Below, one piece after another: positions 25,344-39,622 of a stretch of DNA of 64,000 nucleotides. How positions within the stretch are numbered: the first letter of the stretch is position 1; each line of letters starts with the position of its first letter. A program made the position numbers and the translations under genes. Location of the stretch: the NCBI RefSeq assembly GCF_018977255.1, contig NW_024704742.1, positions 2,296,001 to 2,360,000 on the forward strand. Reading direction: 5' to 3'. The DNA is from Callorhinchus milii (lineage: Eukaryota). The notes under the pieces are model-generated. The model did not search any database. It was not told where the DNA came from and saw only the letters and a program-made list of their open reading frames with translations.

Positions 25344-27589
25344 TGATGGACCAGAAATGGGATGATGTTCCACATTAGTTGAATGGGTGAGAAGGTGCAA
25401 AGCTTCGCTCAGGTATTGAAATGGTTTGGAAAAAAAAACACAATAGTCCACGTGTTCTTTTTTAAAAAGGTTTTTTTTGTGCTGGAAGTTAGAGTTGAAA
25501 ATATGTAGGATTTAAAGCTAGGATGTACTGGATGACATGATGCTTCAGAATTCACGGAGGAATCTTTAGCCCACGGTTCTTGGGATTCACTTGCCCTTAA
25601 ACTGTGCGCGATAGGGGCTACGCGTTTTATTGTACTATTTGTGGTCTGTAATTAATTGTTAATTAATAACAATTAATTCATTGTGTGGTTTAACTGGAAT
25701 ACAGTGAGAAATCTACTCAACATCTCGTGTAAGTCTCATTCGTGGAGTTAAGTTAGCGACTCCTAAAGCTACCCATGATGGAGTTGCCTCTGGTAAGGTA
25801 AGAGTGAAATGAATACGAATGGCAATACAGACATATATAAATTGTACAGCAGTGACACTTGCCTTTGAAGGCGTTCATCCTGTATGCCTGCTATGTGCGA
25901 TGGCGGCTCAGGTTTTGCAGGTGTTGAGGGGGATGATAGGCCATTAGTGGCCCCACCTATCCCCCTGTTGTGCTCTGCTCTGCTTTCTCTTCTCATAGAA
26001 CACTTGAAACGGGAGCCGTACGTACACCTAAAGGATCCCGGTAGGGGCTGGCGGTGGTGGGGGGAGCAGTGGGTGGGTGGAAGATTTCCTTCCCTCCACC
26101 CCCTGCCTATTAACTCCGCCACTGATTATGTTTCGGACGTGAAGAATATCGGAAAATTAGCCCGTGTTTCCATTGTGTAATAAAAATCCAAATCCTCGGT
26201 GCTTTACACAGTCAAAATAAAAAAGAAAGCAAGGCTTTGTCCCAGCTTCCACCTGACTGAAGTGTTTCACCGTGGGTGGCAGAGCTGCTGTTTGCAATTC
26301 TGCAACCAGTGATCATCAGTCCACAATCCTGTAATTCAATCTGAAGGTCATCTTTTCCAGCGCACAACTGCTGCATTGTTTGTTAGCAATTAACTTCTGC
26401 ACTAACTGGTCAGACTTCTTAGATGCCCACCTTGCACGCCTTTTGTTAAACATTCACCTGTTTTGGGGCACGTTCTGTTTTGGGGGGAAGGGGTTAAGGG
26501 GTGAGAGTGTGCGTATGCGTGTGCGCGTGTCCCAAGATTTCACACGCAGCGTAGGTTTTTTTGACTCGAGATGGGTATTCTACGCAACCTGGAGCCCCAG
26601 CTACAAGATTGGGTGTTTGATGCAACGCCGTTACGTTTTGTTGCGCATTTCAGAGTCGCAAACGTATTTAACACAGGTGCCGTTATGGGTGAAAACAGCA
26701 CACCCTTTCTTTCAGCTGTGACCCAACTCCTACAGTGGCGGCCTAGGATTCAGAAAAGCATGTTTTGAGATTGCTTTTGTACGCACAGTATTTATAACTC
26801 CTCCTCAGAATGAAGCTAGATGTTTTGGGTACCCATAGATATTTTGTGTTTTTTTTAAAAAAAAGACTAATCACTGATCAAGATGAAAACAAGCAGAGTT
26901 GAATCTGCTTATCACCAGCGTTTCCGAATTGGGATTGGGGAGAGCACTGCCCCTTTGAACTTTTGTGCGTGCATCACATTAGCTGTGAAGGTTGACTGAT
27001 AGCGCGCAAACACTGTGGTATTAGGGATACTATCCTTGGGACTTTTTCGTTCAGAAATGCGTCTCGAACGATGCAGTGCTCCATTGGAGATGTTACAGCG
27101 GTTACCGTTGTTCTTAATGTTTCATTTTATGAAGTAGAGTATAACGACAGCTTCTTATTGAATACTGTGGAAATTAACCCAGCGTGTGCCCTGAGATTTT
27201 TACGTTAGAGTCCTATTGCCGTGAATGCCTTGGGACATATCTGCAGTGACCCAATGATCCCAACGCACCCGCCACTAGCCCACTGCACTTCCTAGTTCCC
27301 AGAAATAACCAAGAGTAAATAGTATTTTAAATATTAGGCATTGACTGCTTCCAATTCACTTTTTCTTGGAAGGGGGTGAGTTTTGCTGATACGGTGCTTT
27401 AATATAGAAAGAAAATTGCTTCGAGAAGCAGCAACATTCCTTGTTTCTGTCATATTTTGTTGGCGTTTTCTATTTTCTATTAGGCCAATTGGTTCTGTGT
27501 CATGTTGATGTGATACTTCACTTGGGATAAGCACAAACTCTGCAGTATTACTGCAGTTAAAGGAACACGATCTGAATTAACAGAAGTAA

Positions 27590-28051
27590 TTCCTCAGAGG
27601 ATAGAGTTCAAAATCCTTGCCTTCGCCTTCAAGGCCCTCCACGGCGTTGCCCCTTCCTACCTCAGTGACCTGCTAACCCCTTATCAACCTGTCCACTCTC
27701 TACGCTCAGCCGGCTCGGGCTTGCTCCACGTCCCCAGCCCGCCTCCCCATCATCGGTGGTCAGGCATTCAGCCTCTCTGACCCTCCCCCACCCTTTGGAA
27801 CTCCATCGCACATTCCCTTCGCCTCGCTCACTCCCTCCCTCGCCTCCTTCAGACTCATCTCAAGACCCTCCTCTTTGACCACGCCTTTGGCCATCCTCTT
27901 TCCCTCCCTGTCCTCCACGAACCCTTACCCCAATCCCACCCCCCCCCCACCCCAGTTCGGGTCCAAATCCCTGACTGTCTTGCGTCTTGGGACATGGTCC
28001 TGACATGAAAGACGCTATACAGATGTAATTTTGTATTGTATTTGTATTGTA
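27590..28051 (+). mobile_element. L2-clade LINE 3' fragment (subfamily A)
   Basis: PQRIEFKILAFAFKALHGVAPSYLSDLLTPY; tail gaaagacgctatacagatgtaattttgtattgtatttgtattgta. Confidence 0.9.
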
Positions 28052-28939
28052 AGTATTAAGGGACCACCGTGAGGAGGAAATCTTGGACTGCAGCAGCTTT
28101 TCACCAGATGGAAAATGCAGCTGAAGTTTAATACATACAGAAGTGGTTCACTGGCGAGCAATGATCATGACCAGATGGCCTAGTTCATAGTATTTCTCAT
28201 AAGGAAACGTGTGATTCTCACGTTTCTTAAAAAAAAATAACATGCCGAAGGATTTACGTTTCAGAAATTTAATACAGTAATTACACTTTCCTTAGTAAAA
28301 AAAATTGGTTAAGAAATGCTGCAAATTAAGACCTGACTCACACTGACACTTCACCAATATTTTTGTTGAAAAGTACCTATTTAGTGGAGTATTGCACGTG
28401 CGCTTAATTCCACGTACGTAGGCAAGTAGGCATCCACAGTGCGTAAGCAGCGATTGATATGAAACTCTGCAAATAACTATTGCGCTCTGTTGTTGACACA
28501 ATACAAAGCTGCCTTCAGCTTAACACAACAGGTAGTATCTGTGAAAGAGCTCTATTTGTACCAGCAAAGCGCTGCTCAGTGGCTTATCAGCACAACAGAG
28601 ATATTAGGAGCGCAATTGATTAGAGAAAAGAGCAAGACCGATTGCAAGCCCACGTCAGTGGATTCAGTTTATTTTTTGGAGTCATCAAAGCTGATCTGTC
28701 AAAGAGATATGAATGATCTGTCTGTGCTTACTGATCACACTAAGAATTTGAATGTGTTGCAAATTTCAGTGGAACACTTGGAAAGCAATGCAATTTATCT
28801 CAGCTGTTACAGGTTCTGCTGTTTTCCCAAGAGATGAGAAAGAAAGTCAATTTATTATCATACTTATTAATTGAAAAGGATACCCCAAAATAGGGGAGGG
28901 TGGGGTGGAGGTGAGGGAGGGGGGACTAAACTAGACATT

Positions 28940-29115
28940 TGTGAACAGCAGCATCCCACAAAGAGTCATGGTGCGCGTGACCAATTTTATTTGGGGTATT
29001 CTTGGCTCGGGTACTGGGGGGAAACTCCTTCCTCTTCGAATTGTGCCATGGGATCTTTACTGTCCACCTGAACAAGCAAGACAGGACCTTAGTTTAATGT
29101 CTCATTCAAAGGACA
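28940..29115 (-). mobile_element. Old Deu-domain SINE fragment
   Basis: tcccacaaagagtcatgg...gtgccatgggatctttactgtccacctgaac...tttaatgtctcattcaaag. Confidence 0.75.
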
Positions 29116-29439
29116 AGAAATCCATGAAGATGCCTGAATAATAGTTGACTACTTCATCTGAGGAGAAACGCTAAGTGAGTGATTCCGGACTGAACAGGAT
29201 TTTAACAGGAGAATTTCTCTTCTCTTTGGGGGTGGGTGTGGGGGGGGTGGGGGGGGGGAGAAAGCATAGCTAATCTGAGCTGAAGTTTAGTACAATTAGG
29301 TGGGGGTTCCTGTGGGTCAGTCGGTGCCCCTGTAAGAATTCTGCATTGCCTTTTAATTTCTGAGGGGAAAGAAACTCTTGTTTGATTTTTGCCCAACATA
29401 GTGGATTCATCAATGTGAGCTCTCTTCTGCTCTGCGCCG

Positions 29440-29712
29440 CTCTAACTTTGGAAACTCTTTTGCCGTGCATCGTAAATAACTAATGCTCCGTTAAATGATA
29501 AATAATATTACATTATTAATATTAAATTGTATGTCTAAAATTACATTATAAGTGCAGAGCGATAAATTCGCTAAACGCGGTGAATGCAACAAATAGCCTT
29601 GGGCCCACGTCAATAAATTCACTTGATCGAGCAGCGGTGCTTTGTTTGCCTGTGGTATTTTAAAATGAATTTGACGTGGAATGAGCGATGGTGCCTTTGC
29701 ACTCTCTGGAGC
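29440..29712 (+). repeat. Copy A of a locally duplicated non-coding block
   Basis: Aligns with 30310-30588; core 29582-29623 matches 30447-30488 at 39/42. Confidence 0.85.
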
Positions 29713-30309
29713 AATGCTGTTCAGGCACAGAAAGCTGCAAAGCATCCTTGCTCTCAGAGTGCAATTCCGACTGTATTTTGACGTAGTCTACAATCGTTCC
29801 CAACACGCTGTCAAAGCGAACTTGACTTTGATTCCAAAATCTTAGTGCGGGCCCCAGCGAAAAAACTAAATGGAAACAAAAAATACCTCTTCGCACTGGA
29901 CTGCCAACTACAATCACACGTTGTATGTCCGAATTCAATTTTACTCTACCTTTAGAGATTGGAGCTTTGAAATAGAAAGCCTATTATTTTCGGGAAGCAT
30001 TTCATCTCCAGTGTTTTTGTCAGAAAACAAATTAGCCGATCTTTGATAATGGTATTAACATCCTCAAGTTTCAGCTGCATCAGTCAGTTTCAATTGGCCT
30101 CTTGTGTGAGAGAAAGAGAGGCAGACGGACGAGAGAATGGCTTGCCTTATTTAACGGGAAACTTACTGTTGGAGCCGCATTTTGAAAATGGGGAATTTTT
30201 ATATTTAGTTTTCCCCTTTTCTCTTTGCTGATTTCTTTCAAACAATAATTTCTATTTCCATCCCGTAATCCCTCCAACTCCCTCCCTCCCTCATCTCATT
30301 CAAAGCAGG

Positions 30310-30588
30310 CCTCGACTTGCCTCTTTGACCATGCTTCAGGTCATCTTTGACTCTTACGTAATCAATTACATTATCAATATTAGATTCTACATCTGGAATT
30401 ACATTAACCATTTTACGTACAGAGCAACAAACTTGCTAAGCCGAGCGAATGCAATAAATAGCCTTGAGCCCACATCAATAAATTCACTACATTACGTGAA
30501 GGTAATAAGCCTCGGTGCGTTGTTTGCCTATGGTTTTTAAAACTAATTTCATGTGGAGCGAGTAAAATGCTCCTGTGCTTTCCAGAAC
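30310..30588 (+). repeat. Copy B of a locally duplicated non-coding block
   Basis: Shares attacattat-aatatta-att, the 42-nt core and ttgtttgcct-tggt with copy A. Confidence 0.85.
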
Positions 30589-31849
30589 TTCCAAACCCCC
30601 AGCTCGTTTGAGCCGCCCTCCTGACGCGAAAGGCGCTGTAAAAATATATATTGTGTCGTTTTTCTATATATTACTTTTTATAGTTTTTTAATTCGACTAT
30701 CACGATCGGAAAACAAAACTGCTGAGATTGTTGATGTGAGTGAGCCTCCCGTGTACCGGACCGAGCAACAAAATTCCGGTTTGTGTCCGGAGGAAAGCAA
30801 CACACGCCACCGCAGGCTCAGGAGGTGGGATAAAAGGTGGCAGTTAGAATTGGTAACTCTCAAACAGCAACGAATTACATTTGTATAGTGCCTTTCATGT
30901 CCAAAGGACGTCCCAAGGCGCCTGAAGTAAGCAGGTTTCAGAAGGCAGTCGATAAAGCTGATACTTGCCAGGTATAATACAATTGGGACACTAACCCTTT
31001 GATCACACACTTCATTGCAACTAATTTTGCTCAAGGTCTCAAAGAGCTCGGACAGTGTATAATAAAGTCACTGTCTCATTGACTTTCTTGCTTAAGCGTA
31101 AAGCACACGTGGACCAGGCAGTCCAGAGGAGTTGTGCCATCACATCAGCTCCCAAATATGGTTGATCGTACGGTTGTGCTGTGGGATTGCAGCCAATGAC
31201 ACTCAGATGCTGTCGATACTGTGAACAGCTTGGCCTCTTCTGGGGATGACACATCTGCCCAATACTGTAATGTATAATAAGCAGGAGAGCAACGAGGGCA
31301 CCTTGGATGAGAGTTTGTTTTTAGCACGCAAAGGTCTTTTTCAAAGTTGACCGTGGCAGTGAGAGAATACGTTTGCCCAGTCTGTCTTGACGTCGCTTAT
31401 ATTCAGAACAGAATCTCTGAAAGCCTAACCCTAACCCTAAGCAGAACAAATCCCTGAAATACATTTCCATTATATTTACACATTGATCGCAGAGCCTAGC
31501 GATGTACAGCGCCCATCTTGCTGTGCAACGCCTTTGTGCGTTTGAGTTATGATATTAGCAGCGCTGTGAGCCGAGGGCAGTGAGTTAGACTGGCCGTTCA
31601 GTCTGTTATGGGGAGAGAGATAATGGAGTATGTGCATTCACTCCGCAAAGTGCAATGTCCTAGAACTGCTGCTTCACTGCTGTTTTCTGATGAGACATCC
31701 CATTGCTTTTCAAGACCTAGAATGGCCACATAGTGCTGATGTTTGAGCAGCAGGCAAACCGATGCTGGCTGATCTTTTGCCGTCTGATTAGAGAAATACT
31801 GCAGCTAGAACAACAACAAGGCAAACAGTATACTGGCTGTGGCTAAATC

Positions 31850-32260
31850 AGTTGAATTCGGAGGAATGAGCTATGAGCAATGATTAGACAAGCTCGGGCT
31901 CTTCAGTCTTAAGAGAGAACGAATCAGAGGGGACCTCAGAGAGATGTACAACATCTAAATGAGATCGAAAAGGTAAACCAGATCAATACTGCATCAAGAC
32001 AGTAGAACAAGAGGATATTGGTTTAGAATTGTAAAGTACAATTTCAGGACAGGCACCAGGAAGTTTTTGGGTTACGCAGAGGTTTAATCACCGCTTGGCA
32101 GGTTGGAACTTGTTGTCAGGAAGGATGGTAGAGGCCAGGACACTGGACTCATTTAAAAAGCAGCTTGACGCAATGATGGGCAAACGGTAGAGTAGGTGTC
32201 TGGAGGGATGAAATGAGATGGATCGAAGGGTCTTCTTCATCCAGACTGATCTTGTGAAGA
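31850..32260 (+). mobile_element. CR1-clade LINE 3' end, old
   Basis: GMSYEQ*LDKLGLFSLKRERIRGDL...; agaacaagaggata...aaaaagcagcttgacgc. Related remnants near 38690-38880 (+), 58735-58980 (+) and 60243-60420 (-). Confidence 0.8.
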
Positions 32261-35200
32261 TATTCTGAGGTTGAAATGTAGCTCTGGTTTTCACTGACAG
32301 ATGCAACCATTAATTCTGTGTGAGACTGAGTGCACACAAATATCTCGGTTCTGACACTTTAAGACTGCAACGTGAACATCTCCATAGTTCACTAGCTCTC
32401 AGTATAAGTGAGATTGTTAGTTAAGTCATATGTATGCTAATCCGTACCCTTCAAGTTTGTATTCCTGTGGGTTTAGTTAGGGGAATGTACTGTCTGCATC
32501 ATTGCCAACATTAAACATTTGGTTTCAATGATAGAACAGTGATAGAAACGCTCAGGAAATGCATATTTATTTTTGAAAATAATAATTACGCTCATATGTA
32601 AAAAAAAAACTTCTATTTTCAGTCCTGAGGAGCGAATACCATTCCTTGGCTTAGACAGCAGAAATATGCAATCTTCTCCTGGGCTTCTCGGGTTGGTGTG
32701 TGATTAATGCCGCATTTTTTACACCAAGGGGAAGCAATTAACTCACACGGTGTTTCCTTCCCCCTCACAACACAGTCAAAGAAAATAACCCTTTCAATGT
32801 GGGAAGCCATGAACAACAACCCCTTTTCCACATAACCGATCAGAATGCAGCTTCCTTCCTGTTAACACTTAGCACATCTTTCTCCAATTGTGCTTGAATC
32901 ATGCAGCCGCAAAGAAATGTCAAGAGTATGTATCGGTCGAGATAAATTATAAACCACTGCAGAGAAAGACATGGCCTTGAATATCACGGTATTAGCTATA
33001 AATCGTTTGCTTGTCAGACATTATTGTGCCCTAAGAAAATATTTCTCGGGATGTTAGGAAATTCGGTCCTGATGTGACCTATAATATATAGTATGATAAA
33101 TCACCATCTATGGTGATGTTCTCTTTAGCTTTAAAGGACCTTTTCCCTAAAATTATATATATATATACATCACTACAATATCTTTAACGTGAATATAGTA
33201 TGCATTTTATTTCACAATGATCTTTCTTCTGATGGAATGATGTAAAAATAACATCCTCTTGAATCACTTGTTGATCTCCGTGTAAGTTCAACGAGTTCGA
33301 GCTCATGCAAAATTCTGTAACTCGAATCCTTGCCCAAATAAAACTTGGCATGCCCATGTCAGTGATCATCCTTGTGTTTGATATTACAATTATGTCACTG
33401 AAATATCTCGAGGAGCTTCACATATCCTGTGAAGTACTGTGACGGTGTATTTTGTGGGCGGACAATGTGTTTTTTTGGGGGGGTATCTTCCAAATAGTTT
33501 CCCTTTGCAAAACAAAGCTCCAATAAGTCTTGTAACCTATGTGGAGTTACTGGAAGGAATTCCCATTTGCAAGTTGGAGCACTTAGTAATAAATCCCTTT
33601 GGAAATTCCTTTGGCATCAACAATAACCTGCAATGATATAGCACCCTTCATGTGGGATAGCGTCTTGGAGGGCTTAGCAATGGCGGAGTTTGATACCGAG
33701 CCAGCAGAGGGAGAAGGTGACTGTATCCTTACATGATTTAAGAGGTTTCACATGAAAAATGGCCAAATGGCTAAAGTATAGATTGATGGGTGCACAGTCC
33801 ATGCCCATGTTGTTGCTGTCTTGGCAAAGGACAAGTCAATAGCACTTGGAGGAATAATGCAGCACTTATAATGTCTTCCAAATCCTAATGATTCCTCAGG
33901 TCCAAAGCTCTATATTGTCATTGATGGTAATGCACACCATGAAAGTTTAGTTTTTTCTCTGCTGATTATGTGCACAGTATAGAATTCATTTTTTAGGTCA
34001 ACGATGAGTAGAATTAATATATTTGTAAATGCAACCGGTTTTCTGCAAAACCAAATCCTATTAGTCCGCTTACATTCCAATTCTCCAGTCTCTGTAATTA
34101 TGGAGGACCATCAATGACAGTTAAGAGGATTAAATATTTTAAAATATCTGCTTGTGACTCACAAGGACATGGGGAAATTTCTTACAGATTTCCATGATGG
34201 TACTTTGTTAATGTGAATAAAGAGACGTATGAACTATATTTTTCATCTAAACATTTGGCTAAGTATTTGGCTCTCAGCTGTTTGCCTCTCCTGAAGGGTC
34301 ATGACCAGGGTGTCAGTGAGGTATACAGGAGGAACCCACTGTCTGAGGCTCACTGAAATGGTAAGTACGTATTGAGCAGTAGCTAACCATATTGCCGCGT
34401 GTGGTGGAGAAGCACAGCTTTTGTGCACTTCAGGGTTCCTCGTTCTACTTTGCTAAGGTTTGCTCCTACACTGATGTACTGGAGCAGACTCAGTTGGGAT
34501 AAAATGGGGTTGCAGATAGCTGCTCGACATTTTGTCCATCAATTATTCAGCTCAACCGTGTGATTCACGTTCCTCTTGTCCAATTGTTTTAGTCATTAGT
34601 TTCCCAGTATTATTGGTTGACTGGATTGACAGTTGACCTGTGGCTTTCTTTACTGTCATCTGCTTCTATTCACAATCCCAAACCTCTTTTCCCTTTGGTC
34701 ACTGTTGCTCTCCTCTTGTCTGCTCCCTCACTTCTGATGAACTTCCATTTTCCTCCTTATGTATACTCCATACTCTTATTCTCTCTGCCATTTTGCCTCC
34801 CATTCACTCTTGATCTTAATACTCTAATCTGGTGCCCCCCCAGTTGTTATCTTCAGCTGCTTTTTGCCCTCAGCACCTCTTTATTCCCACCTTCTCCCAG
34901 GTCTCATTTACACATTTACGCTTGTTTTAGGTTGTATCACTTAATTTCATAAAACCTGAAAAGGAAACCTGTGGAATATATAATTTTTACTGGGCACGAC
35001 TTACCGTAGGTACATGAAGTATCAGTTAAATCTGAATCTGATGTCTGAGATTCCTTCTTATCTCATTTTCTTGTCTGTTTTCTTGTCTGCCCAATCTTCT
35101 TTCTCGGCTCTTGTACTGCAATTTAGCTCCACACTCAACCTCCATGTGTGAGACTTCACCCAGCGCAGTCAGTCTTGTGAGGCCATCGTGGGCCGAATTC

Positions 35201-36596
35201 AAACCTATCCTCGGGCGTGTACACAGATTAGCACCTTCAGCAGGGAGAGCGATCAGAAATGTACATCCTAATTGATTTGTCCCTTCACTAAGTTAAGGGA
35301 ATTGAGCTCCATCTAACAACTACAAGTTGTATTTATATCGATCTCTTCACAGAGGGTAGCATATCAGAGTGCTTTGATTACAAGAGCTTGATATCAATTA
35401 ATTGAGTCTATACTGATGGTTGAAACTGGGACTGAATTAACTTACTCAGGCATCGGGGTCCTGTCCTTCCTGTTTCCTACGTGTTGTTTTACTTAAATTT
35501 GGGGTTTATTGTCTATGTCAGTTGTTTTTTTTTTGTTTCACAGATTAGCTTTACGCAACTGGTTTGGTCTTTTGTAACAGAGCTGTTCTACAAAAGTAAC
35601 TAGACTGCCAGAAAATCTCAACCCGCCTCAAGCGGAGCCTAATCTTACAGAGAACGTTTCCATTTTAAGAACACCGTTCCAACGCTGGAGTATGTACTGC
35701 TCATTTGCTGTGGACATTGGGACCATCTGGGATGCACTCAAAAATATCTAACTATAACAGCAGTGGGGATTCACAGCTGAGCAGCAGCGTGATTGTGATG
35801 TGTACACATCGACAACAGAAAGGCTGTGAACAGTGTAACTGGAATAACCCCATTTTTTTTTTCTTTATTTTTTTTTTACAAAAGCTTTGGGGTTCCCTCA
35901 CCCACGAGCCCTATTCCGCAATGAAGAACGTAAACCAAATTAGAGGACCAAATTCCCTAACTGATATATCGATGCAAAAGCGACTCCTTTGCGTGGCAGT
36001 CATGAGTCCTGTTGTGAAAGCTTCTCGTCGTTTCAAGTTGTTTTGCCAAATTCAAAATGTGATTTTATTGGCACAGTGTGTGTAATGAAATACTGCAGGG
36101 CATCACGCCAGATTATAATGGGTGAAACTCCGCTAAAAAGGCTGCAAATCACTATGATGGAACTAAACATAGTGACACCTTCATGGCATCAGATGCGGAG
36201 CCTTTCTCCTGGTTATCCTTCTTTATATTCAACTCCCCGATCCAAATTCAAATAAATTGGCTCCTAATTCCACTGTCCTTTGAGGTAAATTGCTGGCACA
36301 GATTGCCTGCCACGTTTCCCTAATAACAACATTCATTTTCAATCAATTATCTTATGTAAAGCACTTTGAGGTCCTTATTTTACGTGAAGCGCATTGTTTA
36401 AATTATTATCATCATCGAAACTGCCTGCCACATCATTTTAATGCAGATCTGAACACTAATCTTGAATTCCCTGATGTATGGAGAGCGGTGAATACTGTGT
36501 CTCCCAAAACAAGATGAGACCAACGGTTCCAGTCACAACAAATTAATCTATAGGCTTTTCGGGGATTGTAAAATATCCTCTTAGAGTGGAGGTATG

Positions 36597-37107
36597 AAAA
36601 TGTCAGAATCCAAGCTTGCTATCTCCACCTTGGTATGAAAGTTGGTAGTCGTGGTAATCTGTCTCCTCAGCCAGTCAGGTCTGTAGCACTCCAGGTTGTT
36701 GGAGGGGCAGGAGACGCCCTCTTACCGTTGCGGACAGGGATTCTTCCCACTCAGCTCCTGTAACCCCGCAAGCCAAGCCCTAACAGGGTAGGGTGTCCCG
36801 AGCTGGACAGTCAGTGAGAAAGCTGGATAGACAGCCTCTTGATGGCAAGCTGTGCAGTTATAGTTGGGTAATTCCAGCCATGCCTCAACGCACACTGGAG
36901 GCTCCAAGTCGTGGCTCTCGCCAACCGGTGCCTAATGCTCTCCAGAATTAGGCAAACCCGATGTTTCCCTCCAGGGAGAGAGTGGGCGTTCCATTGCAAT
37001 ACATGGGAATTTCCATGTGTAGGTGGGTTGCATGGAGCACTCTGTTTGGTCTGGATACTCTTAAGCATGGTGATGGGTTTCCACACGTGTCAGACATTCG
37101 GCCGACC
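36597..37107 (-). repeat. Unclassified ~500-bp interspersed repeat, second copy
   Basis: Inverted relative to 15068-15583 and colinear along its length. Confidence 0.85.
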
Positions 37108-39249
37108 AAACAAAGTTTGGAAAATATAATCTCTTAGAGACCTTTTTGGTCTTATTTGAAGAATACGTTCCAAATTCAGATTGATTTAAAGCAGTATTTT
37201 CAGAACTACTCACAGGCCATTTTCAGGATCAATACTGATGCTCATCAAGTAGGAATCCAGCCGACGGGAATTTTCTGAGCTCTGCTATTAATTGGAAGTC
37301 TGGAGATTGTTTCACAATGCTTTATTAATAGGTACCTTAAAGAAGGAAAGCAATGGGGTCTTGGAGTTCGATCCCGAAATCTTTAATCATGTTTTATTAA
37401 ACTTCAGGATAGTTTGGATGCTTTTCATAACTAGTGCCAATGACTGACAGATTATAAAATAAATGTTATCCCGGTATTTCAGACTGAATGGAACAACCCA
37501 GCAAGGTCATATCACGCTTTTTGTTAACAACATAAATTGATTTACAACACAGTTTATCATCTATGTGTGTAGTCACCCCAACCTCTTCCTGGTTCACTGG
37601 TCAGCTTTCGCGTTACAATGGCTGACTACTGGGTCATTCGATCGCAACTGATGTCACTTCCCATTTACTGTGCCCTGGTGCGACGTAGGACGTGATATCA
37701 GCGGTGACCTGGAAGTCGTTTTTTTCTTGACGTGTAAGAACAAACACGTCAGCTGTGCGCCCGTGAGGTGAAAGCGACTCTCGTGCCTCATGATAGGATT
37801 TGGTCCCATCGACAACTTGCACTTATGTAGCGCTCTCCAAACAGCGTAACGTTTCAGAGTGCTTAACAGTGGCGGAGCCTGAATCTGAGCGATAACAATG
37901 TTATAGCAGTCGAGTTATAACAAGACTCCACTGCAATCGAGTGTTATCTCTGGGCTCTGCTGGTGGAAGTAACATGTCCATCAGACCTATCCACTTGAGC
38001 GCCGCAGTTAGACTGGTGCATCAGAATTCAGGACGCGTAGAATTTAATTGAAGACTCAATACATCCCAATTGTCTAAGAGATTTTGATGGTAAATGTGGT
38101 TGCATTGGTTTTGAATGATAATAATATGAGTGGTACATTTTATCCCAATTGCAATTTAAGTTGCTCCGCTATATATTTACAGTGCTGCACCAAGCTTCGC
38201 CTTTGTCATAATGTTTTCAGCAGCCGGAATAATTGCAGTCAAAGATGACAGCAGTGTGCAAGAGAAAACCATCATCTTTATTTGGGAGGCCATAAAAATA
38301 ACTCCGAAGTGTTCGCGCTGAAATGTTTTTAAAGAAAACGCGTTAAAATTTTACAGCAGGTTTGGAACTGTTCCAGATGTGTACTGAGAAGATTTGATTT
38401 TTTATTTTGTTTTAATGCTGCCTTTAAATTGCAGTCTAGGTAATGTAGCAGAAAGTGGTTTTGCCTCACCAACCAATTCCACATTTGATGATAAATTACT
38501 CAAAGCAAAGAGATTATGGATTACGTAGTGTAGTATTTACTGCGTAAGAGTTGCATGGTGTTTCATTTTGTTTCATTTCATAGCTCTGCACAAAGCGGTG
38601 GAGTGTTTTTAGAACCTGTGCTGTGTCGGGGCTACTTACTTTCAGAGGTAGAAAGGCAGTCGGGCAAGGGGGAGCGGTCCAACATTGCAAAGGACAATTT
38701 CAAGACGGAAACCAGGAGGTAATTCTTTGACTAGAAGGTAATTAAAGACTAGAACAGGTTATCAGGGGGGGTTTTTGAGGCTGGGGCACCGGACTCAGTC
38801 AGTTTGGTGCTGGGATGGGAAGAGCGGGTATTCTGGAAGGACGAGATCGAACAGCCCGAAAGGCTTCCTTCACCTGAACCTTTTGGGATCGCTTGTGATT
38901 TCCTGTAATTACAAGGTGACTGTGCTCCTGAAGTTCCTTCACCTGGTTTCGGGTGAGGTTCCTGAAACCCCTTGCATCAAAATCACCAGTGTGAACGGTT
39001 CATCTGTTCTTCTCGAGGATTGGTTGGTGTTCAGCCCGAGAGCCTATCTAGAATCTCTGACTCACTTATGTCAGAGTCCTGGAGTTCAAACAATGTTTGC
39101 GAATGTCAGCAGGGCTTTTTAAGTGTGAGTGTAGTTAAAACTACCAGGAAGTAATTATAATAATAATAACAATAATAATAATTGCATTTGATCAGTCTCA
39201 TGGGAAGTTGCCTTAGGTCTCCGAGAAGTGCGTCCAAATTCTTTCCTGG

Positions 39250-39622
39250 AATACTATAGTTTAGTGGTTAGAGCACTCGCCTTGCGAGAGAGAGGACCTG
39301 GGTTTAATTCCCGGGAAGGGCAAAACCTTAGGCAAGTTTCCTTACTCCACACTCCTCTGTTCACCTGGTAATTTAGCGACCCGGTTGTTAGTCGATTGGT
39401 GGATCACTTTTCCGGGGCTAATAATCCCTTCGAAAAATATTAATAATGATAATTTGGTCACTCAATCCACTACTCTTTGCGGGGACGCTGCTGTGCACAA
39501 TTGGCTGCTGCGTTCCGCCCCCAAAATATACGGTTAATTCACCTTACAGTATATTCTGTGAAGCGCTTTGAGACGTCTCGAGGACGTGATTTAAGGCAAA
39601 ATATCAAATGGAAGGATTATCA
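39250..39622 (+). mobile_element. tRNA-derived SINE, long-linker subfamily, near full length
   Basis: tagtggttagagcactcgccttgcgag...gggtttaattccc...ccttaggcaagtttccttactccacactcctctgttcacctgg...gctgtgcacaattggctgc...gtgaagcgctttgagacg. Confidence 0.9.

Noticed and set aside
31424..31440. Interstitial telomeric repeat (CCCTAA)
   Set aside because: Under three units; too short to interpret.
31686..31730. Hammerhead ribozyme core (CTGATGAG; also 44829 and 14680 minus)
   Set aside because: No stem II followed by GAAA at these sites.
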